NCBI RefSeq assembly: GCF_018350175.1
Contig: NC_058382.1
Coordinates: 49,354,001-49,418,000 of the forward strand
Source of the DNA: Felis catus
Lineage: Eukaryota
DNA length: 64,000 nucleotides
Direction: 5' to 3'
Within the stretch, counting starts at the first letter, position 1. Each line of letters starts with the position of its first letter. The notes below the pieces were generated by a model. The model did not search any database. It worked only from the letters and a program-made list of their open reading frames with translations, and was not told where the DNA came from. Below, one piece after another: positions 24,668 through 38,385 of the stretch. The translations under genes and the position numbers were made by a program.

Positions 24668-25575
24668 CTGCAGGGGACAAAGGGACAACCGCTTGGGAGG
24701 TAGGCCACCATTCGTTTTCAGACGCGAATGAATTTAAACAAGCTAAGTGCAAGCTCAAGGTTCCTGGTAACTGGGTGGAGGGGGGGATTCCCCAAAGACA
24801 AGTGAATCTGGAAGATTCAGACAACTTGTGTTCAAGACAGATGTTTCATTTTTAGCACTGATTTAATAAGTTCAAAGTATTTTGATGTAAAAAAGCTTCA
24901 ACCTAAAGCTGTGAGGTAGACTGGAACTTGTTCTATTTATTTTGAGACGAGAAAAGAAAGCAGGAAGAATGGAAATACCTGACTCAAGTTCAAAAGAACT
25001 CCTGGGAAAATCCATAGAGACAGAAAGTTGATTAGTCGGCACCAGAGGCTCGGGGGAGAAGGCAATGAGAAGTGACTGCTAATGGATATGGGATTTTTTA
25101 GGGACGATGACAATGCTTTGGAATTAGGGGTGATGGTTGCATAACTCTGCTACTGAGGTTTACAACCACCAAACTGTAAACTTTAGAAGGGTAAACTTTA
25201 TGCCACGTGAATTTTATCTCAATACTTTTAAAAAAGCACTCCCGGAAAAGGAATCTAGATCTCCTTCTTAAAAGAGACTCACTTGGCTATCCACACTCTT
25301 CTCAACTGTTCTCAACAAAGGGGGTATGATCTGAATCGATACAGATAGCCAATTAATCAGAGGATTCTTTCTCTCTCTTGATTTCTTGTGCGGCCCACCA
25401 GAGAAGGCAGCTGGAGTAGAGCAAAAAACAGGAACACAGGTGGGAAATCTGGGGACGGATTTCAAATATTCTCTCTTCCACCAAATAGCTGCTGACTTCC
25501 GACAAGTCATTACATCTCTTAGTGTGTGTTTCCTCTTCTGTTAAGTGGGGATAAAAGCACGTGTTGCAGAGTTGT

Positions 25576-26028
25576 TTCATTTATTTTTTTGTTTCTTTCT
25601 TTTTGAGACAGAGAGTGAGCACAAGGGGGCAGGGGCAGAGAGAGAGGGGGGACAGAGGATCCCAGCGGGCTCCACGCTGACAGCAGAGAGCCCCGTGCGG
25701 GACTTGTACTTGCGAACCGCGAGATCATGACCCGAACTGAAGTCAGACACTTAACTGACTGAGCCACCCAGGTGCCCCTGCAGAGTTGTTTTTTTTGTTT
25801 TGTTTTGTTTTTTTTAAATTTTTTTAATGTTTATTTATTTTTGAGAGAGAGACAGAACACAAGCAGGGAAGAGGCAGAGAGAGAGGGTGACACAGAATCC
25901 AAAGAGGCTCCAAGCTCTGAGCTGTCAGCACAGAGCCAGCCTGATGCAGAGCTCCAACTCACCAGCCTCGAAACCATGACCTGAGCTGAAGTCGGACGCT
26001 CAACCGACTGAGCCACCAGGCACCCCCC
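25576..26028 (-). mobile_element. Two tandem Can-SINEs (25576-25778, 25790-26028)
   Basis: Two reverse heads; tgcagagttgt occurs three times at the junctions. Confidence 0.92.
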
Positions 26029-26147
26029 TGCAGAGTTGTCTTAAAGGCCAAAGGAGATAAGTATGTACACACAGGTACATATCCATGCCTACCGTTTGTT
26101 GAATCTGGGCAAAAGAGAAACGAATCAAGCTTCAAAACTCCTTCACA

Positions 26148-26376
26148 GGGGCGTCTGGGTGGCTCAGTCGGTTAAGCGTCCAACTCCCGATTTTGGCACA
26201 GGTCATGATCTCACAGCTCATGACACAGAGTCCTGCGTTGGGCTCTGTGCTCACATCGCAGAGCCCGCTTGGGATTCTCTCTCCCTCACTCTCTGCCCCT
26301 ACCCCGCCCCTGTGCTCACGTGCACTGTGTCTCTCCCTCTCTCTCAAAATAAATAAACATTAAAAGAAAAAAAAAA
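26148..26376 (+). mobile_element. Can-SINE
   Basis: Head ggggcgtctgggtggctcag; TSD ct(c/t)cttcacag. Confidence 0.92.
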
Positions 26377-26933
26377 CCTTCTTCACAGACTCAGTTCTCT
26401 GAAGGAAAGCATTTCATTACCCGCCCAAAATGAAAAGAGTAAATCTTTCCACATGTTAGACGAACAGAGAGGTCTGGTGATCTCACTAGGAGCTGAAGTC
26501 ATTAAGGAAATGACCAGCTCTAAGGGCAGGTAGTACAGCAGAGCACAAAGAACCTTGGGGAGGCAGGCGTGGCTGCCAAACTCAGCTCTGCCATTAACCA
26601 TGGCAGTAACCTTTGCCAACTCACGGAGCCTTCCTGGATCTAAGGATCTTCACACATGGGAAAATGAAGTGTTGGAGCATCTAAGAGGATTTCAGGACAC
26701 GTGAACACCAGTTTATTCCTTGGTCCAGCTTATGAGAAAAGAGTATGGTAAGAATATAATTTACATTGTAAGACTTCTATTTCCTTAGAAAGTCTAGAAA
26801 ATAAAAAAGCAAGCAGAGAGGTACACCTGTTAGAGCAGCGGAGCTATCTGTAGCCACCATCCTGGCTCAAATAGTCCCCACTCCCACAAAGTGCCACCTG
26901 CAAGCATGAGCCAATCATTAGACTACCGAGTAC

Positions 26934-27058
26934 CTCCACGTTGACATTCCGGATCTGCACGTTGATCAGGGAGAACTCCTGCTGCAGAGTCTGAGGCAGT
27001 CCCAGCTGATCTGACTTCTTCTCTTCCAGGATACTGCTTGGGGGGTCTTCCTTTAAGA
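26934..27058 (-). CDS. WDR59: WDR59 exon 13 (125 nt)
   Basis: tag|LKEDPPSSILEEKKSDQLGLPQTLQQEFSLINVQIRNVNVE|gtact; start of RWD domain. Confidence 0.96.
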
Positions 27059-27193
27059 CTAGCAGGAGAGAGAGGGTCTCCAGTTGTTGGAAAATGTTTC
27101 TTGAAAATGAGTCAGAGAGCAGTTCTGGGGTACCTGCCAGAACTGAAATGCACAGAGGGGCACCTCACCTAAAACATCAGTTTAACCAATTAC

Positions 27194-27326
27194 CTTCTTC
27201 CTCCCCATGGCTCGAGTTGTGCTGGTGATCCGTATCTTGAGTGTGAAGGGTCTTCTCTGGTTCCGGCAGAAGAGAAATGCTCTCAATGAACTCATCAACA
27301 CCATCTAATATGTCATTTGCACAAAG
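27194..27326 (-). CDS. WDR59: WDR59 exon 12 (133 nt)
   Basis: cag|LCANDILDGVDEFIESISLLPEPEKTLHTQDTDHQHNSSHGEEE|gtaat. Confidence 0.96.
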
Positions 27327-28502
27327 CTGCAACAAAGGGTAAAAGATCTAGGTCTCCGGAAGTCAGTGGAAATGTTCATCGAGTCTGGTTCTGACTTAAA
27401 AATGGGACTCACGAAGGCTAAAAGACGTCAGCCCAAAACTGAGACAATCAAAATAGGTTTTACCCACCACCAGCTCCCCCTGGTTAAATACACAGGAGAA
27501 TAGGCTCTATTATCTACATGGAAATTTTTCATCCTGTTCATCCTTTATGCAAGCCTCAGAAAACATTATTTTAAATTCCAAGCCTTTGTGGAGTTATTCA
27601 GCTAACCCAAGACCAAAAATGAATACATGGTGCTTTCTGGAGAAAATATATTTAAAAGGCAGTAAGGTGATGATACTTGACCAAAATGCTCAAGAGTGAC
27701 TTCTTACTAAGCAATGTTGCACATTTTTTAAAATTTTACTTATTTGTTTGTTTGTTTTTAAGTAACCTCTACATCCAACGTAGGGCTTGAACTCACAAAC
27801 CTAAGAGCAGGAGTTGCATGTTCTCATTCCCAGGTTTCAGCACCGAAAAAACCCCAAAACACAATAAACCAAAAACCCAACTCCATGGTGTTGTAAATTT
27901 CAGCCAGCATTTTTCCATCCACCCTATACGGAGCACTGTGGGGGAAGCAATACAAGGGAGGTGTGGCTCCTGCCTTTAAGGAGCGTGGCCACTGAACGAA
28001 AGAACCACACTGAGGCAGGAACACAGCAAGGGGCCGTGGCAGCAGGTCACACCAGGTGCCACCGTGGTTCGTGGAAGAAACAGAACTTGCGGGGCAAACC
28101 TTGAAAAAGGCTTCAGAGAATAGGTGCCACTGATGGATGTAAAGGGCTCTGAACACTGCAGAGTGTAAAGTTCGACTTCCTAGTTCATTTAGAAGAAGAG
28201 AAAGAAATTAAGCCCACAGGCCATTTGCTCAGTAGGCTATCTACAGTCTCCTACCGGGACAGGAGAAAAGGCAGTCGGAGGCTTTTCACGCTTAGAAGTG
28301 CCAGATACGAAAGTTGGATCTTGGAGACCGCAAAGCCTCAGTGTGGCCTATACAAGCCACTCAGCCAACCATCAAGTATTATTAAATGTCTGTCATGTAC
28401 CCTCTAACTTCCACAACTACTAACCCTTGGTTTTGTTTTGTTTTGTTTTAAGGTTTCCAGCGTACCCGGTTATACTCCTCCACAACGGCGCTGAATACAT
28501 AC

Positions 28503-28582
28503 CCTCTGCATCTGGGAATCCACCCGCCACATTCTCAAGGTCTGATCCCGTGACCACGTGACCAGTTGGTAGTCCTTGGACC
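28503..28582 (-). CDS. WDR59: WDR59 exon 11 (80 nt)
   Basis: tag|SKDYQLVTWSRDQTLRMWRVDSQMQR|gtatg. Confidence 0.97.
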
Positions 28583-28699
28583 CTAGAAATCACCAAATAA
28601 GAATCCTGGAATTTTTGGAGGGTGGGGTGGGGGGTGCGGATTCCACATCAACTTTGCTACAAGTTGCAGGGGAGCGAGATTCCTCTCTTCATTTGGCCA

Positions 28700-28990
28700 T
28701 CCATCCATTCAATAAATACTTTCTGACCAACGCCTATATGCCAGGCACCGTTCTAGATACTAGGGCAACGGCGCGAATGGAACAACCTCTGTCTTTACAG
28801 AGCTCACAATCCAGTGCTGGCAACAGACAAACAGATAAATACGCGATAAAATGTCTGGGAGTGATAGCGCTCTTGCAAAAAAGGATAAGACAACTGCCGG
28901 CGGAGCTATTTTTAGACAGGGCTCCCTGAGGAAGTCGCATTTGAGCAGAAACTTAAATGAAGCGAAATAATAACTGGCAGGTGAGCAGGT
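28700..28990. mobile_element. L2 fragment
   Basis: cattcaataaatactttctga...tatatgccaggcaccgttctaga. Confidence 0.7.
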
Positions 28991-31836
28991 GAAAAGGGAT
29001 GCTGGGATTTAACGTCACACTGAACTTTCGCCTCCACAAATGTTCCTCCTTTTACACGCTCCAGAGGAGCTGAGCGTGAATATGATTTTTTGAAATGAAT
29101 TGCTTTAAAAGCATAATGACACCTTACTGTTTGAAAAGAATTTTTTGGCAAAGAGATGCATCTCTTCATAAAATGGATAATCGATCCTGAATGTTCTTAA
29201 TGGCCTGAGTTCCATTTTCACGTATTAGGTCTGGTCAAAGGGAAATTATTCTAAAAAGGTTTAGAGAGCTTTATGAAAAATCAGGGCATTTCAGAGTAAT
29301 TAGGTCCTATCTAGAATCGCCTTTATGGCCATCCTTAGACAGCCGAGAATTTAGAAGACTTTAGAATTTTAATTTCATCCAATTCCCTCATTTTACAGAT
29401 GGGAAAATGGAGGCACCAGAGAACACACTCTGTCCGAGCTAACAGGGCGGGTGAGGGGCAAAAATTCCTTCTCTGTGTCACTGCCTTCAGTTGAGCCTCC
29501 GCTCCTCAACGTGTCAGCATTTCCCTGTGTGTGCCCCATAGGACACAGCTCTTTTGAATAACTGTCTGCCAGGAGTCCCCTCGTACAGACTCCTGCTCGT
29601 GTCAGCCACTGTCTGTCTCCACATCTGGCTTCTCTTCATATCCCTGACTGAAGAAAAGTCATGCCTGATTCCCTTCTAAACCCAACTCCTCCACCAGTGC
29701 CTTCACCCCCATTCCCTCCTACCCCCACAGGGCCCTTGCTTTCCCACGCCCTCCCTTTCTTGCACCTTCTCCTCGCCCTCAGAGACAGGGCAGCAGCTCT
29801 AACATCAACTCAGTCTGCTCCTTGCCTTTGAAGGCAATTTCTTTCACAAATCCAGTCCCTACCGCCTCTGTTCACGTTGCCTTGTAGTCTGGCCTCTAGC
29901 CTCAACCCGCTTTTGGAACTCCTCTCTTAATGATCATATGGCCTCCTATTTGTACCATTAAGCGCTTTTCTCTTATTCCGCACATCCATCCTCCGGCAAC
30001 ACCTACAACCAGCGACTGCCGCTTCCTTCATGAAGCATCTTCTTCCCCTGGCTACAACACCCCGATTCTCTTCCTACCTCTCTAAGAGCCCCTGCACCGC
30101 AGTGAAAACCAAAATTAAACCAGTAAAAATTGACTAGGAAGACATGGCAGTAAAAATAAAATGGGGCAGCCTGAAGTTGAAAAAGAAGTGAAATACAGGA
30201 ATACACGCAGGATGATTAGACTTATAAAAGGTTCGACAAGCACACTGAAACTATTTCAAGGGATGCGCTAATGGGTGGCAAAACTCTAAAAAAATAATCA
30301 TTCTCATGAGTGTTAGGACAGCGTGTCCTTCTGGGGAAGGGAGGGCACTGTGATCGAGAAGTTTCTGGGGCTCTAGCAATGTTCTCTTTCTAGACCGTGG
30401 TGGTAGTTATGTACCTTTTCGCTTCATAATTTGTTAGAATGTACACGTTTCATGCAATTTTCTAGACAGATGATATACTTTACAATAAAAAGGAACTTGA
30501 AAAAAAAAAAAGCACCTGTAACCGGTACTCAAAAATCTTGTTACTGACTAGACGGTCCCAACATACACAATTCACCCTGCCGGCTTACAGACAACACAGA
30601 TAGCTGAAAATGGGTTGCTAAAACCTTTTCATTCCAATCCAAAACTACAGGCCAACCTCTCCCTGCCAAACCATGAGGAAACTACATCTTCTATTTACGA
30701 TGGCAAAATGCAAGAGAGGAAGTTGAGAGCCAAAGTCATGCATGCAAATTAATGGGATAAAAACCAAGCAGCCTCATGTTTCTAGAAGCAGGGAGATTTG
30801 GGAAATAAAGATGGGAAAATTCAGGGGGTGATCAAAAGAGTCCCTTCAAAAACTATCCTGGAAGAGGCTTGTGAAGTCACAAACAAGCCGGGATAAGAGG
30901 ACTGCTCTGATCTCAGGATTACAGAGACCTTTCCCGGGACTCTGGACAGTCCACACCACTCCACTGCCTGGTTTTCCGTCTATCGTATGGAAAGACCTTG
31001 AAATCCACTTCCGTTGCGTAAAACCTTTAGAGATCACGACAGTAAGGTCTCAAGAAAAGAGAGGCTGCAACTAAATTTGCACACTGAGCTGGTGGAGAAG
31101 CGGAGGCCGAGGGCTTGTGATTCCCATTACACTCGACCTTGCATTAGTGAGGGCTGGCTAGATGGAGCTTCAAGAACCATCCCCGAAACTCAGTGGCCTA
31201 AAGCAAGGACATCTTGCTCCCTCTACACCCCCACCTCATCCTTGCTGCCGACGGGCACAGCTCCAGCTGGAGTCTTGCCAGCTGCTGTGGCAGAAACAAA
31301 GAGAGCGTGTTAATTGCACAATGGCTGTTAACGCTTCAGCCCAGAAGAGACGGCATCTCTTTGTTCACATTTCACGACCAAAGCAAGACGTTTGGCCAAA
31401 CCCATCTTCAGGGAGGTGGGAGATAAAACACCACCACGTGCCGTGAAGAGAACTAGGGTTATTTGGTGGGCAGCGCTGATGACAGCCTCAGGTCTCCTTC
31501 CTCAACAGAGTGGAAAGGGGCGAATGCCAGACTTCTGAGGGTTCTGACCCCAGAGTTTTTCAGCCCCAGAGATGATCCGACAGGAAGTCTATCAATCTCT
31601 TCCGGATCTCTTCCACACAGGTGAGAGATGACACTGAACATAAGAGAAGAGGAGGAAACCTGGGAGAGAAACCACAGCCGTACACCCCCTTACCCATCTA
31701 CCGTGAAAGGTGGCGACCCCCCTGACTCTCTCGTTTCTAAAGCCCAGCCCTGAGGTGCCCATGCTGGGCCACACGGCCAACCCTGACTGGAGATGCCGTG
31801 GACCACGGCTCAGGAGGAAATCAGGCTCCCCCTCAC

Positions 31837-31993
31837 CCTCCTTCTGTCTCCTCCACTGGAACTCCAGCACCACATCATCGTGCCCCACAAAGGTATGCAC
31901 TGGCGTGTTCAAGTCAAAGACGTTCCACAGGAGAAGACTATTTTCCCTCCGCAGCTGGGGAACCATCACAGTCACCAGTCCATTGCTGAAAGG
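31837..31993 (-). CDS. WDR59: WDR59 exon 10 (157 nt)
   Basis: tag|PFSNGLVTVMVPQLRRENSLLLWNVFDLNTPVHTFVGHDDVVLEFQWRRQKE|gtgag. Confidence 0.97.
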
Positions 31994-33149
31994 CTACGGC
32001 AGGAAAGGGAAAAGAAGGTGATTATTCCAGGGAGACTCCGCTGAATCTTGAATTACCCAAGTTGGGATGCTTTCCTAACGAAAATAAATTACACGATGGG
32101 GGGATCCCAACCACTCGGGGGAGATTTTTTTTCCAATACCGTAAGTTAACCATCACATCTACTTTCCTTCTGCATTTATTTTACTTCTTCTTCGCGTGGA
32201 CCACAGCCGGTAAAAAATAAAGCTAAGCCAAATCCTTGGAGAACTTTAAATTCTGAAACAAGCAAACGGCTCTGACCGCTGTGTACCATGAAACACTGTG
32301 TCGCATCCTAGCGCTTCCCCCAGAACGAGTGTGCAAGACACCCTGGGGAAAACCCCAGAGCGGCAAGCAGAATTCTTGCCATGTGGACACACACCGGAAG
32401 CACACATCCGCATCAGGCAGCACCTCCTTGGCCCCAAAACTGCAGCTCTTCAGAGGAAAACCCTCCAATTTCAGGACTGACATGTTTTACTTATCCACAC
32501 CTCACCTGCTAGGGAGCTGAGGGGCCCATTTGGTAGATAATCGGCCTCTGTTCTTTAAGGAATAAACCACAGTCATCTAAAAGCACATTTATCTTCACTT
32601 GCCCTCCTGGCAGCACTCCTGGACTTCTCTGTTTATTTTTTAAAGTAAACATATTAATCCAGAGAAGTATTTCAACGCATAAGAACAATGTCTGATTTCT
32701 TCACAAGCACTGCTAGATGCAAAAGCCACTTGATCCCTAAATTATCTTCTATGCTCCACAGAGTCTCGGGGTGACAGCCTAATGCAGAAATGCAGCTTTA
32801 TTCACCTCTGCTCCCTTTCAAGTTGACACTGAGGACAACAGATTATATCTGATCAGCAGCTATCAATGTGGCAATGGGAAAAATTGTGGGAAGGCTGATA
32901 ACAGCCTGCCTCCCCCATCTGTAGCATTTTATGGTTTACAAAGCATTTTCGCACACAATTTTTCAAAAGGAAAGGCATATTGTGCATGTGCTAAATGCCA
33001 CTGAATTGAACATCTTACAGTGGTAAATTTTATCACAATAATAAAAAGGAAGACCTAGTAAAAATTATTATTCATATTCTACAGAGGAGGAAACTATTGC
33101 TCAAAAGCATCCAGTAGCCTGCCCAAGGCCACACAAACATTAAATGGCT

Positions 33150-33740
33150 CATTGCAACATTATTCACAACAGCCCAGATATGGAAACGACCTAAGTGTCC
33201 ATCAATGGATGAAAAGATAAAGACGTGTTAGATATATTCTACGGAATGCTATTCAGCCAGGAGAAAGAAGGAAATCTGCCATCTGCCACAACATGGGTGG
33301 ACTTGAGGGCACTACGCTAAGTGAAATAAGTCCGAGAAAGACAAATACTGGGTGAGGTCACTTACATGTGGACTCTAAGACGGCTGAATTCACAGAAACA
33401 GAGAGCAGGATGGTGTTTGCCAAGGGCTGATGGGTGGGGGAAATGGGGACATGCTGGTCAGATTTCCAGTTGAAACTTCTAGTTAGAAGACGAGTAAGTT
33501 TTGGATCTAGTATACAGCATGGTGACGGGAGTGAACAATACCATATTACACTCATAAAAGTTGCTAAGAGAGTAATATCACATGTTCTCAATCCAAAAAA
33601 GAAATGGTAATTATGTGATGTGACAGAGGTATTAGCTAACGCTATGGTACCAGTAGTCTTGCAATAAATAAGTGTATCAGACACCTTGAACTGACACAGT
33701 GTTATATGTCAGTTATATCTCAATAAATCTTGGGGAAAAA
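33150..33740 (+). mobile_element. L1MA-type 3' fragment
   Basis: cctaagtgtccatcaatggatgaa, gctaagtgaaataag, aagttgctaagagagta, tatatctcaataaa. Confidence 0.85.
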
Positions 33741-34117
33741 CTAAATGGCATCAATGGATCCCAAACCCAGGTCTTCAGAATCTAAAGCCAGAATTCTTCC
33801 CACCATCGGGAAGAAATCCACTGACTGAAAGCGCTTCAACCCTGTGGCTCCATCTCCCCACTTCCCCTGCCCTTAGTGACCACCTTCGTGCTGCCCGGCT
33901 TCCCAGGTGGTGGCCAGCAATCCTAGTGCAGATTCTTCCCCAACACTCGAAGCGCCAGTTTTTAAATACCTGTGCCCCCACCCCTCAACCAGGACAGGAG
34001 GTGAAAACTGCCTCACAGAGAAAGTAAGAGAAAATGGCCCTCGTGGCCCCCACCCCCCCCCACCATCTGGAACACCAAGGTGAAGCTCCCCAGCAGGAGG
34101 TGGGGTGTCCCACTCAC

Positions 34118-34195
34118 CGTGTATCTGGCCTTCCAGACGGGCACCTGGCAAGGGAGAATACTGAGGTATTTCCGAGGCTGGCGGTAGTCCCAGAA
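34118..34195 (-). CDS. WDR59: WDR59 exon 9 (78 nt)
   Basis: cag|FWDYRQPRKYLSILPCQVPVWKARYT|gtgagt. Confidence 0.97.
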
Positions 34196-34883
34196 CTGGA
34201 AGAAAGAGAGCAAGATCATGTGTGAACTAAACGCCATCAAAAGACTCAACAACTGAAATGAGCCCAGCTGCGCTTTGTCCTCGGTGTGTTCCACGCAGCC
34301 CCCTGGCCCTGGGACCGTGGCAGAGACACAACCCTCCCTCTCCCATTTACAAACATTCCCGGGGAATTTCCGGACTCCACGAGGACTGGCCCCGGGGGGC
34401 AGATCACCATCATCATCCTGCCGACTAAACAGCCTTGTAATTGAAAGGTAAGAATGACATGTTTTCACGCCACATCGCGTTTACACCGTGTAGGGTAATG
34501 TAACTAGGAACTAGGCTGATGTACTGACTACTCACTGCATTCCAGAGTTTAGAGCTTTCAGCTCTGTATCCCGCTTAATCTTTACAACCAAATAACAGGT
34601 GTTATTCATCTCTTTTTCAAATGAAGAAGCTAAATTACTGAACAGTCTAACTCGTGCAAGGTCACACCCGCTCCGCCACCGCCCCCGAACACGCGGAACT
34701 TGAGGCCGCGGAACATATGAAGGTAAGCCAGACACACTCTGCCTGAGCTGCCTGTGTTTTCCATGATGGGACAACTACACTTAGAGCTTGAACATTTGTC
34801 ATGAAGGCAGGAAATGGCAGAGCACAAAGGCAGGAGGACCGAGAGTGAGACTCTGAATTACTCAAGTACTAAGAAATTATTTT

Positions 34884-35108
34884 CTCTTAAAAAAAATTTT
34901 TTTTTAATGTTTATTTATTTTTGAGAGAGAGAGAGACAGAACGTAAGCAGGGAAGGGGCACGGAGAGAGGGAGACACAGAATCCGAAGCAGGCTCCAGGC
35001 TCTGAGCTGTCAGCACAGAGCCCGACACGGGCCTCAAACTCACCAACAGTGAGATCGTGACCTGAGCTGAAGTCAGACGCTTAACCAACTGAGCCACCCA
35101 GACGCCCC
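34884..35108 (-). mobile_element. Feline-type Can-SINE
   Basis: Reverse head; TSD actaagaaattatttt. Confidence 0.93.
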
Positions 35109-35214
35109 ACTAAGAAATTATTTTTAAAAATAGATGACTCCCTCTCTCTCTGCACCTCCCCTGCTTGGTCTCTCTCAAAAATAAATAAAACACTAAAAGA
35201 AAAAATAGATGACA

Positions 35215-35690
35215 GAAGCCATTCTGGAAAACAGTTTGGCAGTTTCTTAAAAAGTAAATGAGCACATACCACTGACCCAGTGATCTCAACTCCTGTGTAT
35301 TTGTCCTGGAAAATGGAAACGGTCCATTCCCAGAAAAATCGATACATGAATGTTTATAGAAGCTCTATTCATAATCACCAAAAGCTGGAAACAGCCCCAT
35401 CAATGTCCTTCAATGGGTCAACAGAAAATAAACTGTAGCAGTATATCCATATAGTGGATTACTGCTCGCCAATAAAAAGTATATGATCTATCGATTTTGA
35501 AAACAACTTGGATGAATCTTGAAGGCACTGTGCTGAGCGAAAGAAGCCAACTCAGAAAGTAAGATACTGAACGTATCCATTTAAATGACATTCTCAGAAA
35601 GACTAAACTACAGTGATAGAGAACACAACAACGGTTGCTAGAAATCAGGGGTTCGGGGAGAGTGTGGCTCTAAAGGAACCACATAAAGCA
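35215..35690 (+). mobile_element. L1M 3' fragment
   Basis: ctggaaaacagtttggcagtttctt, gctgagcgaaagaagccaa. Confidence 0.8.
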
Positions 35691-38268
35691 ATTCTTGTTC
35701 CTTCTGAAAACACTTTATTTTTATCTAATTCGGGCTCCATATTCAAAATAATAAAATTTTTAAGATGTCTTTTCCAGCTAAACTGCCTCAGCATTTCCCA
35801 GATGGCCACAGGGAAAACTACAACTTGCTCCCTCAACTTGTAAAAGAAGGGAAGCTAGACATCATTAGGTCTGCTTGGCATTCTCCGGATTTTTAATTAG
35901 CTCAACACTTTATGAATGCTTTCCTGTTACCAAGTCTCCCATATGTGAAAAACAAGCAAATAAAAAAAAATTCAGTCTCCCTAAGCTAATTACATACAAG
36001 TAAAACATTAGTATTATGAATACATTTTGGCAACTGGTTACTTGTCAGGTCGGACAGAAGCATATTCATGCGCATTTACAGACTGTCACGGTAACTGTTA
36101 ACAAAAGTAATCCTTTTTTAAAAAAGGATTATATAACTTAGGGGACAAGGTAGAGGACCCTGGGGATTTGACCAAGTCCTCGCTCACCAGAACACGACCT
36201 TATTCTCAAGGCAACCACTGACAGTCTTACGGAATGATTACATATTGCATGTGAGTGGAGGACTTTGGTCTTTTCAATCAGACAGACTGGTCACTATAAG
36301 AACCAGAGCCATGCCATCCTCCCCTTCATAGGTGATTTCTGCTTTTCTCTTACTTGCCAAAGGGCCTTTGCTACGAGCTACAGATCAGAAAGGAAGGCTT
36401 CCGAAGAAATATCAGAAGAGCCTCAGGCAAGAAAGAATCACACTCTTGAACAGCGTCACGGGTACAAGACTCTCTCAGTAAGGTGACCCTGACCCATGGG
36501 CAGACACACACCTGTCAGGATGTACCGAGGAACCGTGTCTGGATTTCCAGGACACTTTGTCTAAAGAAGGCAATGTTGTAAAATAGGCTGCTTAACTCAA
36601 GTTCAGGAAAAAAAGCAACCGCCTAACCTGGTATGAAGTCATTTCATTGTGGTCATGTTCTATTTTTATTTTTATTTCCTTAATGTTCTAATTTTAATAG
36701 CCATAAAAGAAAAATCCTTTTCTTTCTTTTCGATCTAGTTCTAAGCCTCAATTCAACAGTTTTACAGTTTAACAATTTCCTAACTCGAGTGAAACATTCA
36801 TTCAATGGCACCTTGTTCCAGTGCACCCCTTAGAATTCAGAAAATAAAAATATAATAAAAATTACTATAATTATAAGCTAATATTTCTTAAGGTAAACTT
36901 AAGAAAATGATTATGTAGGGGAAAAAAAGACATACTGACCCTTATCTACAAATTATTAAAAATAACGGTTGAATATTATGCAAAGTGTCTCTAAACTCCT
37001 ACCCTTTCTACAATTATGCTATTTATTTACATTCAATAAAAACTGCTTTCCACCCACCAGGATATAGTGGAACACATCAAATACCATGTCAAAAAATCTC
37101 CTTTAATACGTAGGCTAAGCCTACAAGTAAGGAACAGGGGCTGAATCTCACAGGTGGAAACTGGCCAGTCACCTGCTTTAATACCTATGGAATCCCAGCC
37201 TCACAGGTGGGAAAGACGTCCCTGAACGGCGACAAACTTGAGGAAAGAGGAGGGGGTGAACTGGATGGTTTCTGGGTTCTGAACTTGGGCGACAAGGTGA
37301 CAAAAACCCAAATCCAAAACAAGCAAACCCACAAAACCCCACTGTGGCACATAAAAGTAAATTCCAACCCAAAGGGATTGACAATCCTCAAGGCAGAAGT
37401 TAACTTTCTAGGCCGTAGTGTCTGAATCTAGTTTTGCTGACCACACCGCAGGAAGACGTGATACGGGAGCCTATGTAAACAGCACGTTAAATCAACGATG
37501 CTGAATCGCAAAACTGCTAAGTAAACTTCTGTGGTCAAATCTCTGTCCTTCCAGACAGGGACCTGAGCTCAAGGAGGACGTGTGGAACGAGGCTGACTCT
37601 GTGCCCTGCAACTTCCTAAACACAGCACATCCCACAGTCGGGAGAGGAGCAAACAACACAAAACGTCACATTCCACGATAAACCACAAACACGAGGGTCA
37701 CTGAAACACATAAACCCTCGAGCATTTCCAGCAAGTTACAGAAACTAGTAGAGCAACTCTGCCCCGACTTTTTGCGGTGCTGATGACTGAAGATGTCCTA
37801 ACTTTTGCAGACATGATCATCTTGTGAGAAAATTGCTATTTTTCCACCCCAGGGAGACGAACCACAAACTCGGTAACCTTAACAACGTTGGGGGCTTTTC
37901 TCCTTCACTTACATACATCTGGTGTGGTTTTTTGGTTTGGTTTGCTTTTGGTTTGTTTGTTTTTTTTCTGAAAGCTGACTTCTTGACAACTTCTTTGCAA
38001 ATAAGCTTTTCCTTTCTAAATGCTTTAGTCTCTGACTCCCTTTCACAAAGGGAAAGAAGAAACCGTCTAAACAAATCCGAGGAGCCACAACGGAGATACG
38101 CTACCCCATCATTCCTACTGGCCTACGTAACCAGGTTTACGTGCCCATGCACCCCTAAAACACACACACTGTGCTCACTTATTGTAGCTTTCTTTCCAAA
38201 GAAAGTGCTGTTACGAAATCTGGTGCCTCCCACACACGGAACCCCAACTGTCCCAGTGGATCACTCAC

Positions 38269-38385
38269 CTTGACAGAGTTGTCTTGGCTGGAGGTAGCAA
38301 GAATGTGCTCGATGTCTGGGTGCCAGTCCAGGCCATGGATTTTGGAGAGGTGGGCTGCGAGGTACTCCACTGCGGTGCTGGGTTT
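38269..38385 (-). CDS. WDR59: WDR59 exon 8 (117 nt)
   Basis: tag|KPSTAVEYLAAHLSKIHGLDWHPDIEHILATSSQDNSVK|gtgagt. Confidence 0.97.
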
